Source of the DNA: Candidatus Levybacteria bacterium GW2011_GWA1_37_16
GTDB lineage: Bacteria > Patescibacteriota > Microgenomatia > Levybacterales > UBA12049
DNA: 64,000 nucleotides
Direction: 5' to 3'
Assembly (NCBI GenBank): GCA_943357985.1
Contig: CALRGR010000001.1
Span: forward strand, 14,731 to 78,730
Below the pieces are notes generated by a model. The model searched no databases, was not told the origin of the DNA, and worked only from the letters and a program-made list of their open reading frames with translations. Shown piece after piece: positions 1 through 10,547 of this stretch. The translations under genes and the position numbers were made by a program. Within the stretch, counting starts at the first letter, position 1. Every line of letters starts with the position of its first letter.

Positions 1-183
1 GTGAATTATATTTTTCTTTGCGGCTTTATCAACAATGCTCACAGCTTCTCTGAAGTTTTTTTCATCTATCTTCTTAGAAGCATTTTTGATGGCTTTTTTT
101 AGAAGTTCTTTAAGCTTTTTGTTTGCTATAGTTCTCTTTTTATCCTGTCTTAATTTTTTCTTGGCTGATTTTATTACTGGCAT
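1..183 (-). CDS. rpsT: 30S ribosomal protein S20 (3' end runs off window; not in ORF track)
   Basis: Manual translation MPVIKSAKKKLRQDKKRTIANKKLKELLKKAIKNASK...VDKAAKKNIIH matches the S20 KSAKK and DKAAKKNIIH motifs. Confidence 0.95.
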   Translation of the reverse strand, partial: MPVIKSAKKKLRQDKKRTIANKKLKELLKKAIKNASKKIDEKNFREAVSIVDKAAKKNIIH

Positions 184-218
184 GTGGAGATTTTACCATG
201 ATATACTGTAAATCACAA

Positions 219-236
219 GCCTGCCTGCCGGCAGGT
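219..236. repeat. Short palindromic element, family B (CCTGCCGGCAGG core) in murJ leader
   Basis: gcctgcctgccggcaggt; perfect 12-bp palindrome at 224-235; related to the copy at 25414. Confidence 0.75.
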
Positions 237-242
237 ATTATT

Positions 243-1919
243 ATGCCTACTGATTTTTTCAAAAAAGGTTTTAATCTTCTTCTTGCCCGCCAAACTAATA
301 TTATTTCCGCAGCATTTGTAATCATGATAACTGTCATTTTGTCTCAGGCATTAGGTCTTGTTAGGCAAAGATTGCTTGCTTCCATATTTGGGGCATCAGA
401 TATTTTGGGAGTATACCTTGCATCATCCCGGCTTCCGGATTTTTTATTTCAGCTTGTTATTGCAGGCGCTTTATCATCTGCTTTCATCCCTATTTTTTCG
501 GGATACTTGGCAAAGAATAAAAGGGAAGAGGCAAATAGGCTTGGCTCAACACTTCTTGTTTTTAGCCTTCTAATTTTTTCAATTCTGGCAGTTATACTTT
601 TTATATTCGCTGAATACTTTTCAAACCTTATGGCTCCCGGATTTTCCCATGACCAGGTTATTTTAATGGGAAATTTAACAAGAATAATAATTTTTGGAGA
701 AATTTTATTTATGATTGGAAGTTTCTTGTCAGCAGTGCTCCAGTCTAATAATCATTTTTTTGTTGCAGGTATTGCAGCCGCTTTATATAATCTTGGAATA
801 ATTATTGGGATATTTGTACTTTCTCCAATCCTTGGAATATATTCTGCTGCTTATGGTGTGGTATTAGGAGCTCTCATATTTGTCTGCGCACAAATTCCAG
901 GAGTCTTAAAAGTTGGTTTTTCCTTTAAGCCGTCTTTAAATTTTAGAGAAAGCGGCATGAAAGAAGTTATACAGCTTATGTGGCCAAGAACAATTGGGAT
1001 AGCTATATTCCAGCTTGGAGCGCTTCTTACCGTGACTCTTGTTTCATTACTTCCGGATCCAGGTAGAAGTTATGTAATTTTTGATTATGCACAGATTTTA
1101 TCTTTTGCTCCAATTGTTCTTTTTGGTCAGTCAATAGCGCAAGCGGCTTTTCCGGTTTTATCCAAAGAGAAAGATCAACTTTCAGAATTTAAAACTGTTT
1201 TTACGAACAGCTTTAACCAGATACTTTACCTGATGCTTCCAATCTCCGCACTTTTTCTGGTTCTTAGGATTCCAATTGTCAGACTTATTTTTGGAGCAGG
1301 GGCTTTTGATTGGCAGGCAACAGTTTTAACAGGAAGAACGTTAGCTTTTTTTAGCATATCACTTTTTGCACAGGCTCTTGTGTATCTTGTGTCACGCGGG
1401 TTTTATGCAATGCATGATGCAAAAACGCCCCTTTATGTTGGTGTTTTTAGTACAGCATTAATGCTTTCTCTTGGATTTTTATTAATTTCTTTTTATCACT
1501 TTGGAGTTGAGGGAATTGCTTTCGCTTTTTCAATTGGAAACATTATTAACTTTCTTCTTCTTTTTATATTTCTTGATAAGAAAGTTAATTTTGACAAAAT
1601 TTCCATGAGTATTTCTATTACTAAAATATTTGTAGCAACTTTTTTTACAGGATTTGCTCTTTATATTCCAATAAAACTTTTAGATCAATTGGTTTTTGAT
1701 ACAACCAGAACTGTAAATCTTCTAATATTAACCGGGATTGCAAGCTTTGCCGGACTTAGTCTTTATCTTTTTTTAACATGGATTTTGAATGTTGAGGAGG
1801 CAAAAACTTTTCTTTATGTGTTTAGAAAAATCGGAAACCTGTCTCGCGGCAAGGCGGGCTGGAAAGAAATTCTGGGAAAAAGTGAAGAAGTCATCGGTCC
1901 TCCAAGAACCAACCCCTAA
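243..1919 (+). CDS. murJ: Lipid II flippase MurJ (MviN)
   Basis: Multi-TM protein with LGLVRQRLLASIFGAS, SRLPDFLFQLVIAGALSSAFIP and RGFYAMHDAKTP. Start placed at ATG 243, downstream of extended -10 TGATATACT (199-207). Confidence 0.92.
   Translation: MPTDFFKKGFNLLLARQTNIISAAFVIMITVILSQALGLVRQRLLASIFGASDILGVYLASSRLPDFLFQLVIAGALSSAFIPIFSGYLAKNKREEANRLGSTLLVFSLLIFSILAVILFIFAEYFSNLMAPGFSHDQVILMGNLTRIIIFGEILFMIGSFLSAVLQSNNHFFVAGIAAALYNLGIIIGIFVLSPILGIYSAAYGVVLGALIFVCAQIPGVLKVGFSFKPSLNFRESGMKEVIQLMWPRTIGIAIFQLGALLTVTLVSLLPDPGRSYVIFDYAQILSFAPIVLFGQSIAQAAFPVLSKEKDQLSEFKTVFTNSFNQILYLMLPISALFLVLRIPIVRLIFGAGAFDWQATVLTGRTLAFFSISLFAQALVYLVSRGFYAMHDAKTPLYVGVFSTALMLSLGFLLISFYHFGVEGIAFAFSIGNIINFLLLFIFLDKKVNFDKISMSISITKIFVATFFTGFALYIPIKLLDQLVFDTTRTVNLLILTGIASFAGLSLYLFLTWILNVEEAKTFLYVFRKIGNLSRGKAGWKEILGKSEEVIGPPRTNP
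1838..1858. repeat. Family B palindromic element, in frame in murJ C-terminus (LSRGKAG)
   Basis: cctgtctcgcggcaaggcggg, 21 nt, close to the intergenic copy at 4896. Confidence 0.75.
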
Positions 1920-1935
1920 ATGTTATAATCTCCCA

Positions 1936-3699
1936 ATGAATCAATCTCAAATTAGGAATTTTTGTATTATTGCGCATGTTGACCACGGTAAATCCACGCT
2001 TGCGGATAGACTTTTGGATATTACGGGAACTGTTTCAAAGCAGAAGATGCAGGAGCAGTATCTAGATAGTAATCCAATCGAAAGAGAACGCGGAATAACT
2101 ATAAAACTTGCTCCAGTGCGTATGAACTATTCGCTCGGCGGAGAGGATTACGAACTGAATTTGATAGATACTCCAGGGCATGTAGATTTCTCTTATGAAG
2201 TTGTTAGAACTCTTTATGCTTGCGAAGGAGCGGTTTTACTTGTCGATGCGACCAAGGGAATTCAGGCTCAGACTGTTGCCAATTACAATTTTGCAAAGAA
2301 CCAGGGGCTTACTGTAATTGCCGCAATAAATAAGATTGATTTGGAGTCTGCCAGAATTGATGAGGTAGAGAAAGAACTCCTAGATACCTTTGGTTTTTCA
2401 AAAGAAGAAGTTCTCTTGGTGTCCGCAAAAACCGGAGATGGAGCCGAGGATATATTAAAAGCAGTTGTTGAGAAAATTCCCACTCCTTCAGGTTCATCTC
2501 AGTTTCCAACACAGGCCTATATCTTTGACTCTATTTATGATGAGCATAGAGGAATTGTAATATTTGTAAGAATTAAAAACGGAAGTATAAAAAAGGGAGA
2601 TGAAATAATTTTTCTTTCGGACAATACCTCCGCACTTGTTTTAGATGTTGGTTTTATGAAGCCACAGTTTGAAGTTTGTGGGGAATTACTAAATGGGGAG
2701 GTTGGGTACATAATTACAAATATTAAAGATATTGAGCAAGCAAAAGTAGGAGATACAATTACGACTACTAAAAATAGAGGCGCCGCGCTTCCGGGATTCT
2801 TAAGTCTTAAGCCTTTTGTATATTTATCTATTTATCCAACCTCAAATTCCGAGTATCAAAGTCTTAGGAAAGCGATTTATAAACTCAAACTTAATGATGC
2901 TTCACTTGTTACTGCACCTGAGCAATCAATAATTTTTGGCCCTGGTTTTAGATGTGGATTTTTAGGTCTCTTACATTCTCAAGTTGTAATAGAAAGGTTA
3001 GAAAAAGAAAGCGGAGTTGATGTATTTACAGCACCTCCAACAATTGAATATCTTGTTGATGGTAAATCTGTAACAAGTCCTAAAGATTTTAGAAATGATG
3101 CTCTTGAAACAAAAGAGCCCTATATAATAGGTGAGATTTATACACCGGTTCAATATGTTGGGGGACTTCTTGAAATTATAAATGCGAGGCGTGGAAGACA
3201 AAAAGATGTTTTCTACTTTGGTTCTCAGGCAAAGCTTATTTTTGAAATTCCACTTGCTTCTGTTGTTTATGATTTTTATGACAAACTAAAATCCGCTTCC
3301 AGCGGCTTTGCATCTTTTGATTATGAAATATCAGAATATAGAGTGTCGGATCTTGTCCGTGTGGATATCTCTGTAAATGAAGATATAATTCCTGAACTTT
3401 CTTTTATAGTTCACAAGAGCGAGATGGAAAGTTTTTCAAGAAGAATTGTAGAAGTTTTATGCGAGGCAATTCCAAAACATCAATTTGTTATTTCTGTTAG
3501 GGCACAGCAGGGAGCAAAAATTATTGCAAGCGATAAGATAGGAACACTTAGAAAGAATGTTCTATCTAAGATGTCCGGTGGAGATAGAACAAGGAAAGAT
3601 AAATTATTAGATAAGCAGAAAGAGGGAAAAAAGAAAATGAAACAGATTGGAAAAATTTCAATTCCTAAAGAGGCATTTTTATCCGTCCTCAAAGTTTAG
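1936..3699 (+). CDS. lepA: Elongation factor 4 (LepA)
   Basis: [55 protein letters not shown]; true start MNQSQIRNF at 1936. Confidence 0.97.
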   Translation: MNQSQIRNFCIIAHVDHGKSTLADRLLDITGTVSKQKMQEQYLDSNPIERERGITIKLAPVRMNYSLGGEDYELNLIDTPGHVDFSYEVVRTLYACEGAVLLVDATKGIQAQTVANYNFAKNQGLTVIAAINKIDLESARIDEVEKELLDTFGFSKEEVLLVSAKTGDGAEDILKAVVEKIPTPSGSSQFPTQAYIFDSIYDEHRGIVIFVRIKNGSIKKGDEIIFLSDNTSALVLDVGFMKPQFEVCGELLNGEVGYIITNIKDIEQAKVGDTITTTKNRGAALPGFLSLKPFVYLSIYPTSNSEYQSLRKAIYKLKLNDASLVTAPEQSIIFGPGFRCGFLGLLHSQVVIERLEKESGVDVFTAPPTIEYLVDGKSVTSPKDFRNDALETKEPYIIGEIYTPVQYVGGLLEIINARRGRQKDVFYFGSQAKLIFEIPLASVVYDFYDKLKSASSGFASFDYEISEYRVSDLVRVDISVNEDIIPELSFIVHKSEMESFSRRIVEVLCEAIPKHQFVISVRAQQGAKIIASDKIGTLRKNVLSKMSGGDRTRKDKLLDKQKEGKKKMKQIGKISIPKEAFLSVLKV

Positions 3700-4832
3700 A
3701 AAGCAAGAAGAAGCGCGCCTAATATAGAAAGCATTATTCCCATGGCTCCAATTCCTACAATTTTATCTCCTGGACCTACCACTAGGGGGGGCGGGGGGGT
3801 AACTGTAAGGATAGGCGTAGTTTCTGCCACAGTTGGTGCCACTGTTGGTATTGCTGTTGGGGCTACAACTACACCGCCAGAGCCACCCGTTGATCCTGCG
3901 CTTGTTCCTCCTGCGCTTGTTCCTCCTGTTACCGTTATGGTCGTTGTACACGTTGTAGTGGCGCTTGTTGAATTTTGATTATCGGTTAGTACTGCCGAGG
4001 CAGTGTATGTTCCTGCATTTTGATATGTATGAGAGATTTGCGCATTAACCTTATTTGTGCCAATTCCTCCTGCCTGTGTGACATCCCCTATTTTTCCATT
4101 TCCAAAAGCAAAGCTTACTTTAGTTATTGTTCCATCATCATCTTTCCCCGTTGCCGTAAGAGTTAATGAATAAGGAGCGGCGCCAGTTGCGCTTCTGTCA
4201 AGGACAAGGCCACTACAAATAGGATCCTTATTTGTAGATGTTGTAGCGGAACTTCCGCCTTTGATAGTAACTGTTGCAGGAGTTGGTTGGCCTGGAACAA
4301 GTACATCTTCATTTGCCTGGTCCTTTGCTCCTACGGATAATACTTGCGTCTGTGTCCTGACGACTTCGATAGATGTTGTTGCACCATTCGTTCCGGCGAT
4401 TGCCTTTAAATTAATAGTGGCAATTTTTGTTGATGCTGAAATAATTTTTGTCAGATCTGAGCCAACAGATAAGGTTATGGATACATTTCCGGTGGTGTAG
4501 GTTGGCCCTTGAAGTGCAGTATCGCCGAAAGCTACTTTGTTCCAGGTAAAACCGTTACTTTGGTCTATGCTGAATTTTGTCTCATCATATTTAACAGTTA
4601 ATTTCACAAAGGAAACTTGATTTGTTCCCGGATCCATCGTCACATCGACTTTCACTATATCTCCAATACTTGCGGGTTGGGTTTGAGGCGTAAGAATAAG
4701 AGTTGTGGCCGGCGCTGCCTGGCTGGTTACTTGCTGGCTTTTTTGAGTCAGAAACACGGTTAAAGGAATTGCAAAAAGAAGAACAATAATAAAACCTAGG
4801 AGGAAGATTTTTTTACCTGAAAATAATGACAT
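3696..4832 (-). CDS. Surface protein: N-terminal TM/signal, cohesin-like domain, PKD domain, Pro/Thr linker, C-terminal TM anchor
   Basis: Hydrophobic N-terminus ending QQVTSQAAP; cohesin-like VKVDVTMDPGTNQVSFVKLTVKYD; PKD motif SHTYQNAGTYTASAVLTDN; hydrophobic C-terminus. Confidence 0.75.
   Translation of the reverse strand: MSLFSGKKIFLLGFIIVLLFAIPLTVFLTQKSQQVTSQAAPATTLILTPQTQPASIGDIVKVDVTMDPGTNQVSFVKLTVKYDETKFSIDQSNGFTWNKVAFGDTALQGPTYTTGNVSITLSVGSDLTKIISASTKIATINLKAIAGTNGATTSIEVVRTQTQVLSVGAKDQANEDVLVPGQPTPATVTIKGGSSATTSTNKDPICSGLVLDRSATGAAPYSLTLTATGKDDDGTITKVSFAFGNGKIGDVTQAGGIGTNKVNAQISHTYQNAGTYTASAVLTDNQNSTSATTTCTTTITVTGGTSAGGTSAGSTGGSGGVVVAPTAIPTVAPTVAETTPILTVTPPPPLVVGPGDKIVGIGAMGIMLSILGALLLAF
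3895..3928. repeat. 15-bp tandem duplication encoding GGTSA-GGTSA linker
   Basis: cctgcgcttgttcct twice, followed by cctg. Confidence 0.8.
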
Positions 4833-4859
4833 ATTTGCGATACAAAAACGCCTAGATTT

Positions 4860-4947
4860 ATCGTATATAAGAAAGAGGTGGGTGTCAAGCAACTTCCTGC
4901 CTTGTCGGCAAGGCGGGTTGACATTAAAGAAGCATTCTTGTTATACT
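4860..4947. promoter_or_regulatory. Back-to-back sigma70 promoters (cohesin gene and groES)
   Basis: Minus strand: TTGACA (4888-4883)-17-TACGAT. Plus strand: TTGACA (4918-4923)-18-TATACT (4942-4947) with TG extension. Confidence 0.75.
4896..4917. repeat. Family B palindromic element between the two -35 boxes
   Basis: cctgccttgtcggcaaggcggg, near-perfect palindrome. Confidence 0.8.
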
Positions 4948-4968
4948 CTGTCAACTGATTTTTAAGCT

Positions 4969-6908
<1,940 letters not shown>

Positions 6909-6939
6909 AATCTTTTAGGTCTTCTGATATAATCGTTTT

Positions 6940-7266
6940 ATGCCGACAGTAAATATCTATTTTGAAGAAAATCCTGAGTTATAATCGTTAACCCCAGACC
7001 TTAAACAATTTATTGCTGAAAAGCTTACTTGTGGAGATATTAAATTAACCCCTGAGGAAATAAGCGTTAGATTTATTAGAATCGATGGGGGACAAATGAT
7101 CGGAGACATCGAACTTGAGATTTCGGCACATGCCTTTGAAGAAAGAGTAAAGAAGCAGGATGAGATTTGTCTGGAGGTCATGAATTATCTAAAAAATAAA
7201 AAACCAAGCCTTGGTAATGTAAAAGTTTGGTTGAAATTATCTGAATTGGGACACAGCTGGGAATAG
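6940..7266 (+). pseudogene. Tautomerase/MIF-like protein (Pro1) interrupted by TAA at codon 15
   Basis: MPTVNIYFEENPEL*SLTPDLKQFIAEKLTCGDIKLTPEEISVRF...VKVWLKLSELGHSWE; 109 codons with one internal stop (6982-6984); TGATATAAT 6 nt upstream of the ATG. Confidence 0.65.
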
Positions 7267-7310
7267 ACTAGATTGTCCCGTTAGCCTCTTTGTGTTATAT
7301 TATTCTGACT

Positions 7311-7331
7311 CCTGTCTGCCGCGCGGGCAGG
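7311..7331. repeat. Family B palindromic element in leader of the PEGA gene
   Basis: cctgtctgccgcgcgggcagg followed by gctttttc. Confidence 0.7.
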
Positions 7332-7340
7332 GCTTTTTCT

Positions 7341-8180
7341 ATGAAAAGATTTCTCATGTGGGTTGTTCCTCTTCTTATAGCAATCCCTGTTTTTATAGGA
7401 ACGGTTGTAATTTTGGCTCAAAAAACAGGAAAAGGTGCGCTTCAAGTTACATCTATTCCTGGTAGTCAAGTCTATCTTGACGGAAAATTAATTGGAAAAA
7501 CTCCGCTTTGCAAATGTGAGACCGCGGACATGATTCCTGTTGGAGACTATGCTGTAAGACTTGTTCCGTCAAGTGGAAATTTTCTGCCCTTTGAGGAAAA
7601 AATTACAATTTACAAATCAGTTCTCACGGTTTTAGATAGAACTTTTGGAAACGGCGCGTCATCTGAGGGAGTAGTTATAACCCTTACCCCAATTTCGGAT
7701 AAAAATGCTTCCCAATTTTTTTCAATTTCTTTTCCGGATAAGGCACAGGTTTTTCTTGACGGAAGTCCTGTTGGAAAAACAGCACTTCTTTTACCAAACA
7801 TTAGTCCATCGGATCATGAAGTAACCTTTAAAAAGGAAGGATACAAAGATAAAATAATTAGATTGAGAGCTGTTAAGGGATACAAGCTTAGCTCAATTGT
7901 CTTCTTGGGAATTTCGGACGCTATAGCAAGTCCCTCAGCAGTTGCTTCTTCATCTGCTGTGCCTGTAGTCGCAAAAATATTGATTCTTGCAACTCCAACA
8001 GGTTTTTTAAATGTTAGAGCATCCTCTTCTTTGTCAAGTGCAATTGTTGATAAAGTAAATCCCGGGGAGAGTTTCGAACTTGTTTCAGAAGTAAGCGGAT
8101 GGTATGAGATAAAGCTTGAGTCCCCAGCTGACGGAGTGAAAACAGGATGGATTAGTTCTTCATACGCCTCAAAGCAGTAG
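7341..8180 (+). CDS. Membrane-anchored protein with two PEGA domains and a C-terminal bacterial SH3 domain
   Basis: GALQVTSIPGSQVYLDGKLIGKTP; second repeat SFPDKAQVFLDGSPVGKT; SH3b-like FLNVRASSSLSSAIVDKV...GWYEI...GWISSSY. Confidence 0.85.
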   Translation: MKRFLMWVVPLLIAIPVFIGTVVILAQKTGKGALQVTSIPGSQVYLDGKLIGKTPLCKCETADMIPVGDYAVRLVPSSGNFLPFEEKITIYKSVLTVLDRTFGNGASSEGVVITLTPISDKNASQFFSISFPDKAQVFLDGSPVGKTALLLPNISPSDHEVTFKKEGYKDKIIRLRAVKGYKLSSIVFLGISDAIASPSAVASSSAVPVVAKILILATPTGFLNVRASSSLSSAIVDKVNPGESFELVSEVSGWYEIKLESPADGVKTGWISSSYASKQ

Positions 8181-8196
8181 CTTGTCTGTCGGCAGG
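8181..8196. repeat. Family B palindromic element (partial) between convergent genes
   Basis: cttgtctgtcggcagg fills almost the whole 17-nt intergenic gap. Confidence 0.6.
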
Positions 8197-8197
8197 A

Positions 8198-9148
8198 TTA
8201 AGGACCAACAATATAAACGATTACTAGAACCATTATGATCCAGAGTATAACGGTTGAAAGAAGTGCCTTGTCTGAAAGTAGAACCTTCTCTGGGCTTTCT
8301 CCTTCATGTTTCTCATAAATGTCTTGAAGGTAGCGCATAAGTCCATAAACAACAGGGATGATTGTTATCATAAGCCACTTTCTTTGGAAAAACGCCGGCA
8401 AAAAATCAGGAAGAATAATATTTATTCCAGGCTTAAATCCTTGAGGATTTTCAAGGAAAGTAAAAAGAGAATAAGAAATAAAAATTGATGTTGCAAAGAT
8501 AGATGCATATACATCAAGAAGCCTTTCGGAATAATGGGAAAGAGTTTTTCTAATAGCCGCTATATTTGTTTCTTTGTTTTGAGAAATAAGAGTAAGCTCA
8601 CTTCGTCTTTTTCCAATTGCCAGGAAAAGTGCTAAGGAAATTGCTGTTAAAAGAAGCCAGACGGAAATATGAGATTCACCTGCTAATTCCCCTGCATAAA
8701 CTCTTATTATGTATCCTGAGGCAATTGCCAAAATATCTATAATGGTGATGCCTTTAAAAAACATTGAGTAAAAAAGTTGAATTGCAAAATATGCAACGGC
8801 TACTACAAAAAATGAAGGAGTAATGTAGAGAGAAAAATAGATAGAAGAAATCATTAGAGCTATAGCAATGGAAATGGCTACGGGTGTTGAAATATCTCCA
8901 TGTGCCAGCGGACGGAATTTTTTAAAAGGATGTAATTTATCTTTTTCAATATCGAAAACGTCATTAATAATGTAAGACGCAGAAGATAGTCCACAGAAAA
9001 TCAAGAAACCTGCTGTTACGCGTCCTAAAATATCTAAATCAAATAATTGTCCGGAAAATGTAATCGCCGCAAAAATGGCAATATTTTTAATCCATTGCCG
9101 GGGTCTCAAAAGTCTTATTATATTTAGCTCAAGCCTGTTTGTTGTCAT
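8198..9148 (-). CDS. UbiA-family prenyltransferase, decaprenyl-phosphate phosphoribosyltransferase-like
   Basis: LRPRQWIKN, YIINDVFDIEKDKLHPFKKFRPLAHG, LFLAIGKRRSEL, GESPEKVLLSD. Confidence 0.85.
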   Translation of the reverse strand: MTTNRLELNIIRLLRPRQWIKNIAIFAAITFSGQLFDLDILGRVTAGFLIFCGLSSASYIINDVFDIEKDKLHPFKKFRPLAHGDISTPVAISIAIALMISSIYFSLYITPSFFVVAVAYFAIQLFYSMFFKGITIIDILAIASGYIIRVYAGELAGESHISVWLLLTAISLALFLAIGKRRSELTLISQNKETNIAAIRKTLSHYSERLLDVYASIFATSIFISYSLFTFLENPQGFKPGINIILPDFLPAFFQRKWLMITIIPVVYGLMRYLQDIYEKHEGESPEKVLLSDKALLSTVILWIIMVLVIVYIVGP

Positions 9149-10193
9149 TATGTCTATTAATTGTAATATGTAAAAAGAGAAGTCCTCCGCCAACTATGAT
9201 GCCTACCATGATAAGCGCAAATAACTTTCCACGACTCTCAAGCAGTAATGAAAGTGAGCCCAATATAGCAGAAATCATCCAGTAAAACAATGCAACATGT
9301 GGTTGCCTAAATCCAATATCTAAAAGTAAGTGATGTAAGTGTTTTTTATCATGCCAGAAAGGAGAACGGCCGGTTAAGATTCGTCTTGAAATTGTAAACA
9401 TACCATCAATCATGGGAACTCCCATAACAAGTATTGCTGTGGCAAGTTTTGCGCTTGAAAGCATAGATACTGCTGCAAGAAGAAGATAAATTGCCGTTGC
9501 TCCGTACCCCGGGAAAATTCTGGCAGGATAGAAGTTAAAAATAAGAAACCCAAGTGATGAACCTGCAATTATAAAAGAGAGTTTTGCTGAAAGAATAGAT
9601 AAATCATCAAAGCCAAACCTAAGACTCAAAAGCCCAATTACAATTGCAGATATTGCAACGACTCCCGGCATTTGTCCATCTACACCTTTACTCCAATTAA
9701 GTATATTCATAACCCAGACAATCCATATAACCGCGATAACTTGTGATAATAGAATATTAAAAGGCAGAATGACACTATTTAAATACACAATTCCTCCAAG
9801 CGGATTTGTTATAAACGGAATGCTTATTCCGCTTGCAACAACAATAATTGCACACAGAATGTTTATTGGTAGGCGAATGTATGGGGATAGATCAAATTTA
9901 TCATCCAGTACTCCTATTAGTAGTGCTATAAATCCCGCAAGAAGAAGCGCCATAACGGTGTTGGTCATTGGTAAAAGAAATATGCTTGCTATTAAAACTC
10001 CCGCAAAAAGCGGAATTCCTCCCCCTCTTGGTATTGGTTTTTTATGAATTATTGCCGGATGTTTATGTTTTGTCGGATCATCTATTATGCCAAATTTTTT
10101 AATAAGTATTAAAGAAAGGGGGGTTGCAATTACTACTGCCAAAAATGAAAGAACCAATGGAAGAAAAATTATACTGCTATTAGAATAAATCAT
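9129..10193 (-). CDS. MraY/WecA/TagO-family polyprenyl-phosphate HexNAc-1-phosphate transferase
   Basis: PIPRGGG, IGVLDDKFDL, NILNWSKGVDG, NFYPARIFPG, DKKHLHHLL. Confidence 0.88.
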   Translation of the reverse strand: MIYSNSSIIFLPLVLSFLAVVIATPLSLILIKKFGIIDDPTKHKHPAIIHKKPIPRGGGIPLFAGVLIASIFLLPMTNTVMALLLAGFIALLIGVLDDKFDLSPYIRLPINILCAIIVVASGISIPFITNPLGGIVYLNSVILPFNILLSQVIAVIWIVWVMNILNWSKGVDGQMPGVVAISAIVIGLLSLRFGFDDLSILSAKLSFIIAGSSLGFLIFNFYPARIFPGYGATAIYLLLAAVSMLSSAKLATAILVMGVPMIDGMFTISRRILTGRSPFWHDKKHLHHLLLDIGFRQPHVALFYWMISAILGSLSLLLESRGKLFALIMVGIIVGGGLLFLHITINRHNDNKQA

Positions 10194-10547
10194 TTAAATT
10201 ACCAAACTTATAATAACAAAACTAAAAATTAGTATTAAAAAAGTTGCAAGCAAACTTGTAACAGCAAGAATACGAGAAAGAAGAGGACTTTTGTCATACA
10301 TATATGAAGATAGAGTTATGTTGCTTGCCATTATAAGAATAGTTATTGCAGGAGGAATAAATATAAAAATTTTGGATCCAATTCTGTTATCTCCCCAAGG
10401 AAGTTGGTTGAAGATGGGAATGAAGGGAGGAAGACTAAAAAAACGTAAAACTATGTAAAGAAGTGTTATTCCTATCATAAAGCACGATGCTAAAAAAGCT
10501 CTACTAATGATATTATCCGTTCTTGCCGGTTTAAAAAACTCTCTCAT
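10194..10547 (-). CDS. Small membrane protein (DUF1648-like, three TM segments)
   Basis: Hydrophobic, with LPPFIPIFNQLPWG loop; abuts its neighbours in the operon. Confidence 0.7.
   Translation of the reverse strand: MREFFKPARTDNIISRAFLASCFMIGITLLYIVLRFFSLPPFIPIFNQLPWGDNRIGSKIFIFIPPAITILIMASNITLSSYMYDKSPLLSRILAVTSLLATFLILIFSFVIISLVI

Noticed and set aside
1789-1935. Upstream extensions given by the ORF track for lepA (also murJ 198, rplB 60377, PPIase 52438, cupin 54516, rpoC 46672)
   Set aside because: They overlap neighbouring genes or promoters; family similarity and -10 positions support the later starts
6982-6984. Stop-codon reassignment as explanation for in-frame TAA/TAG stops
   Set aside because: TAA, TAG and TGA all terminate core genes at the expected positions in this window, and Trp is encoded by TGG
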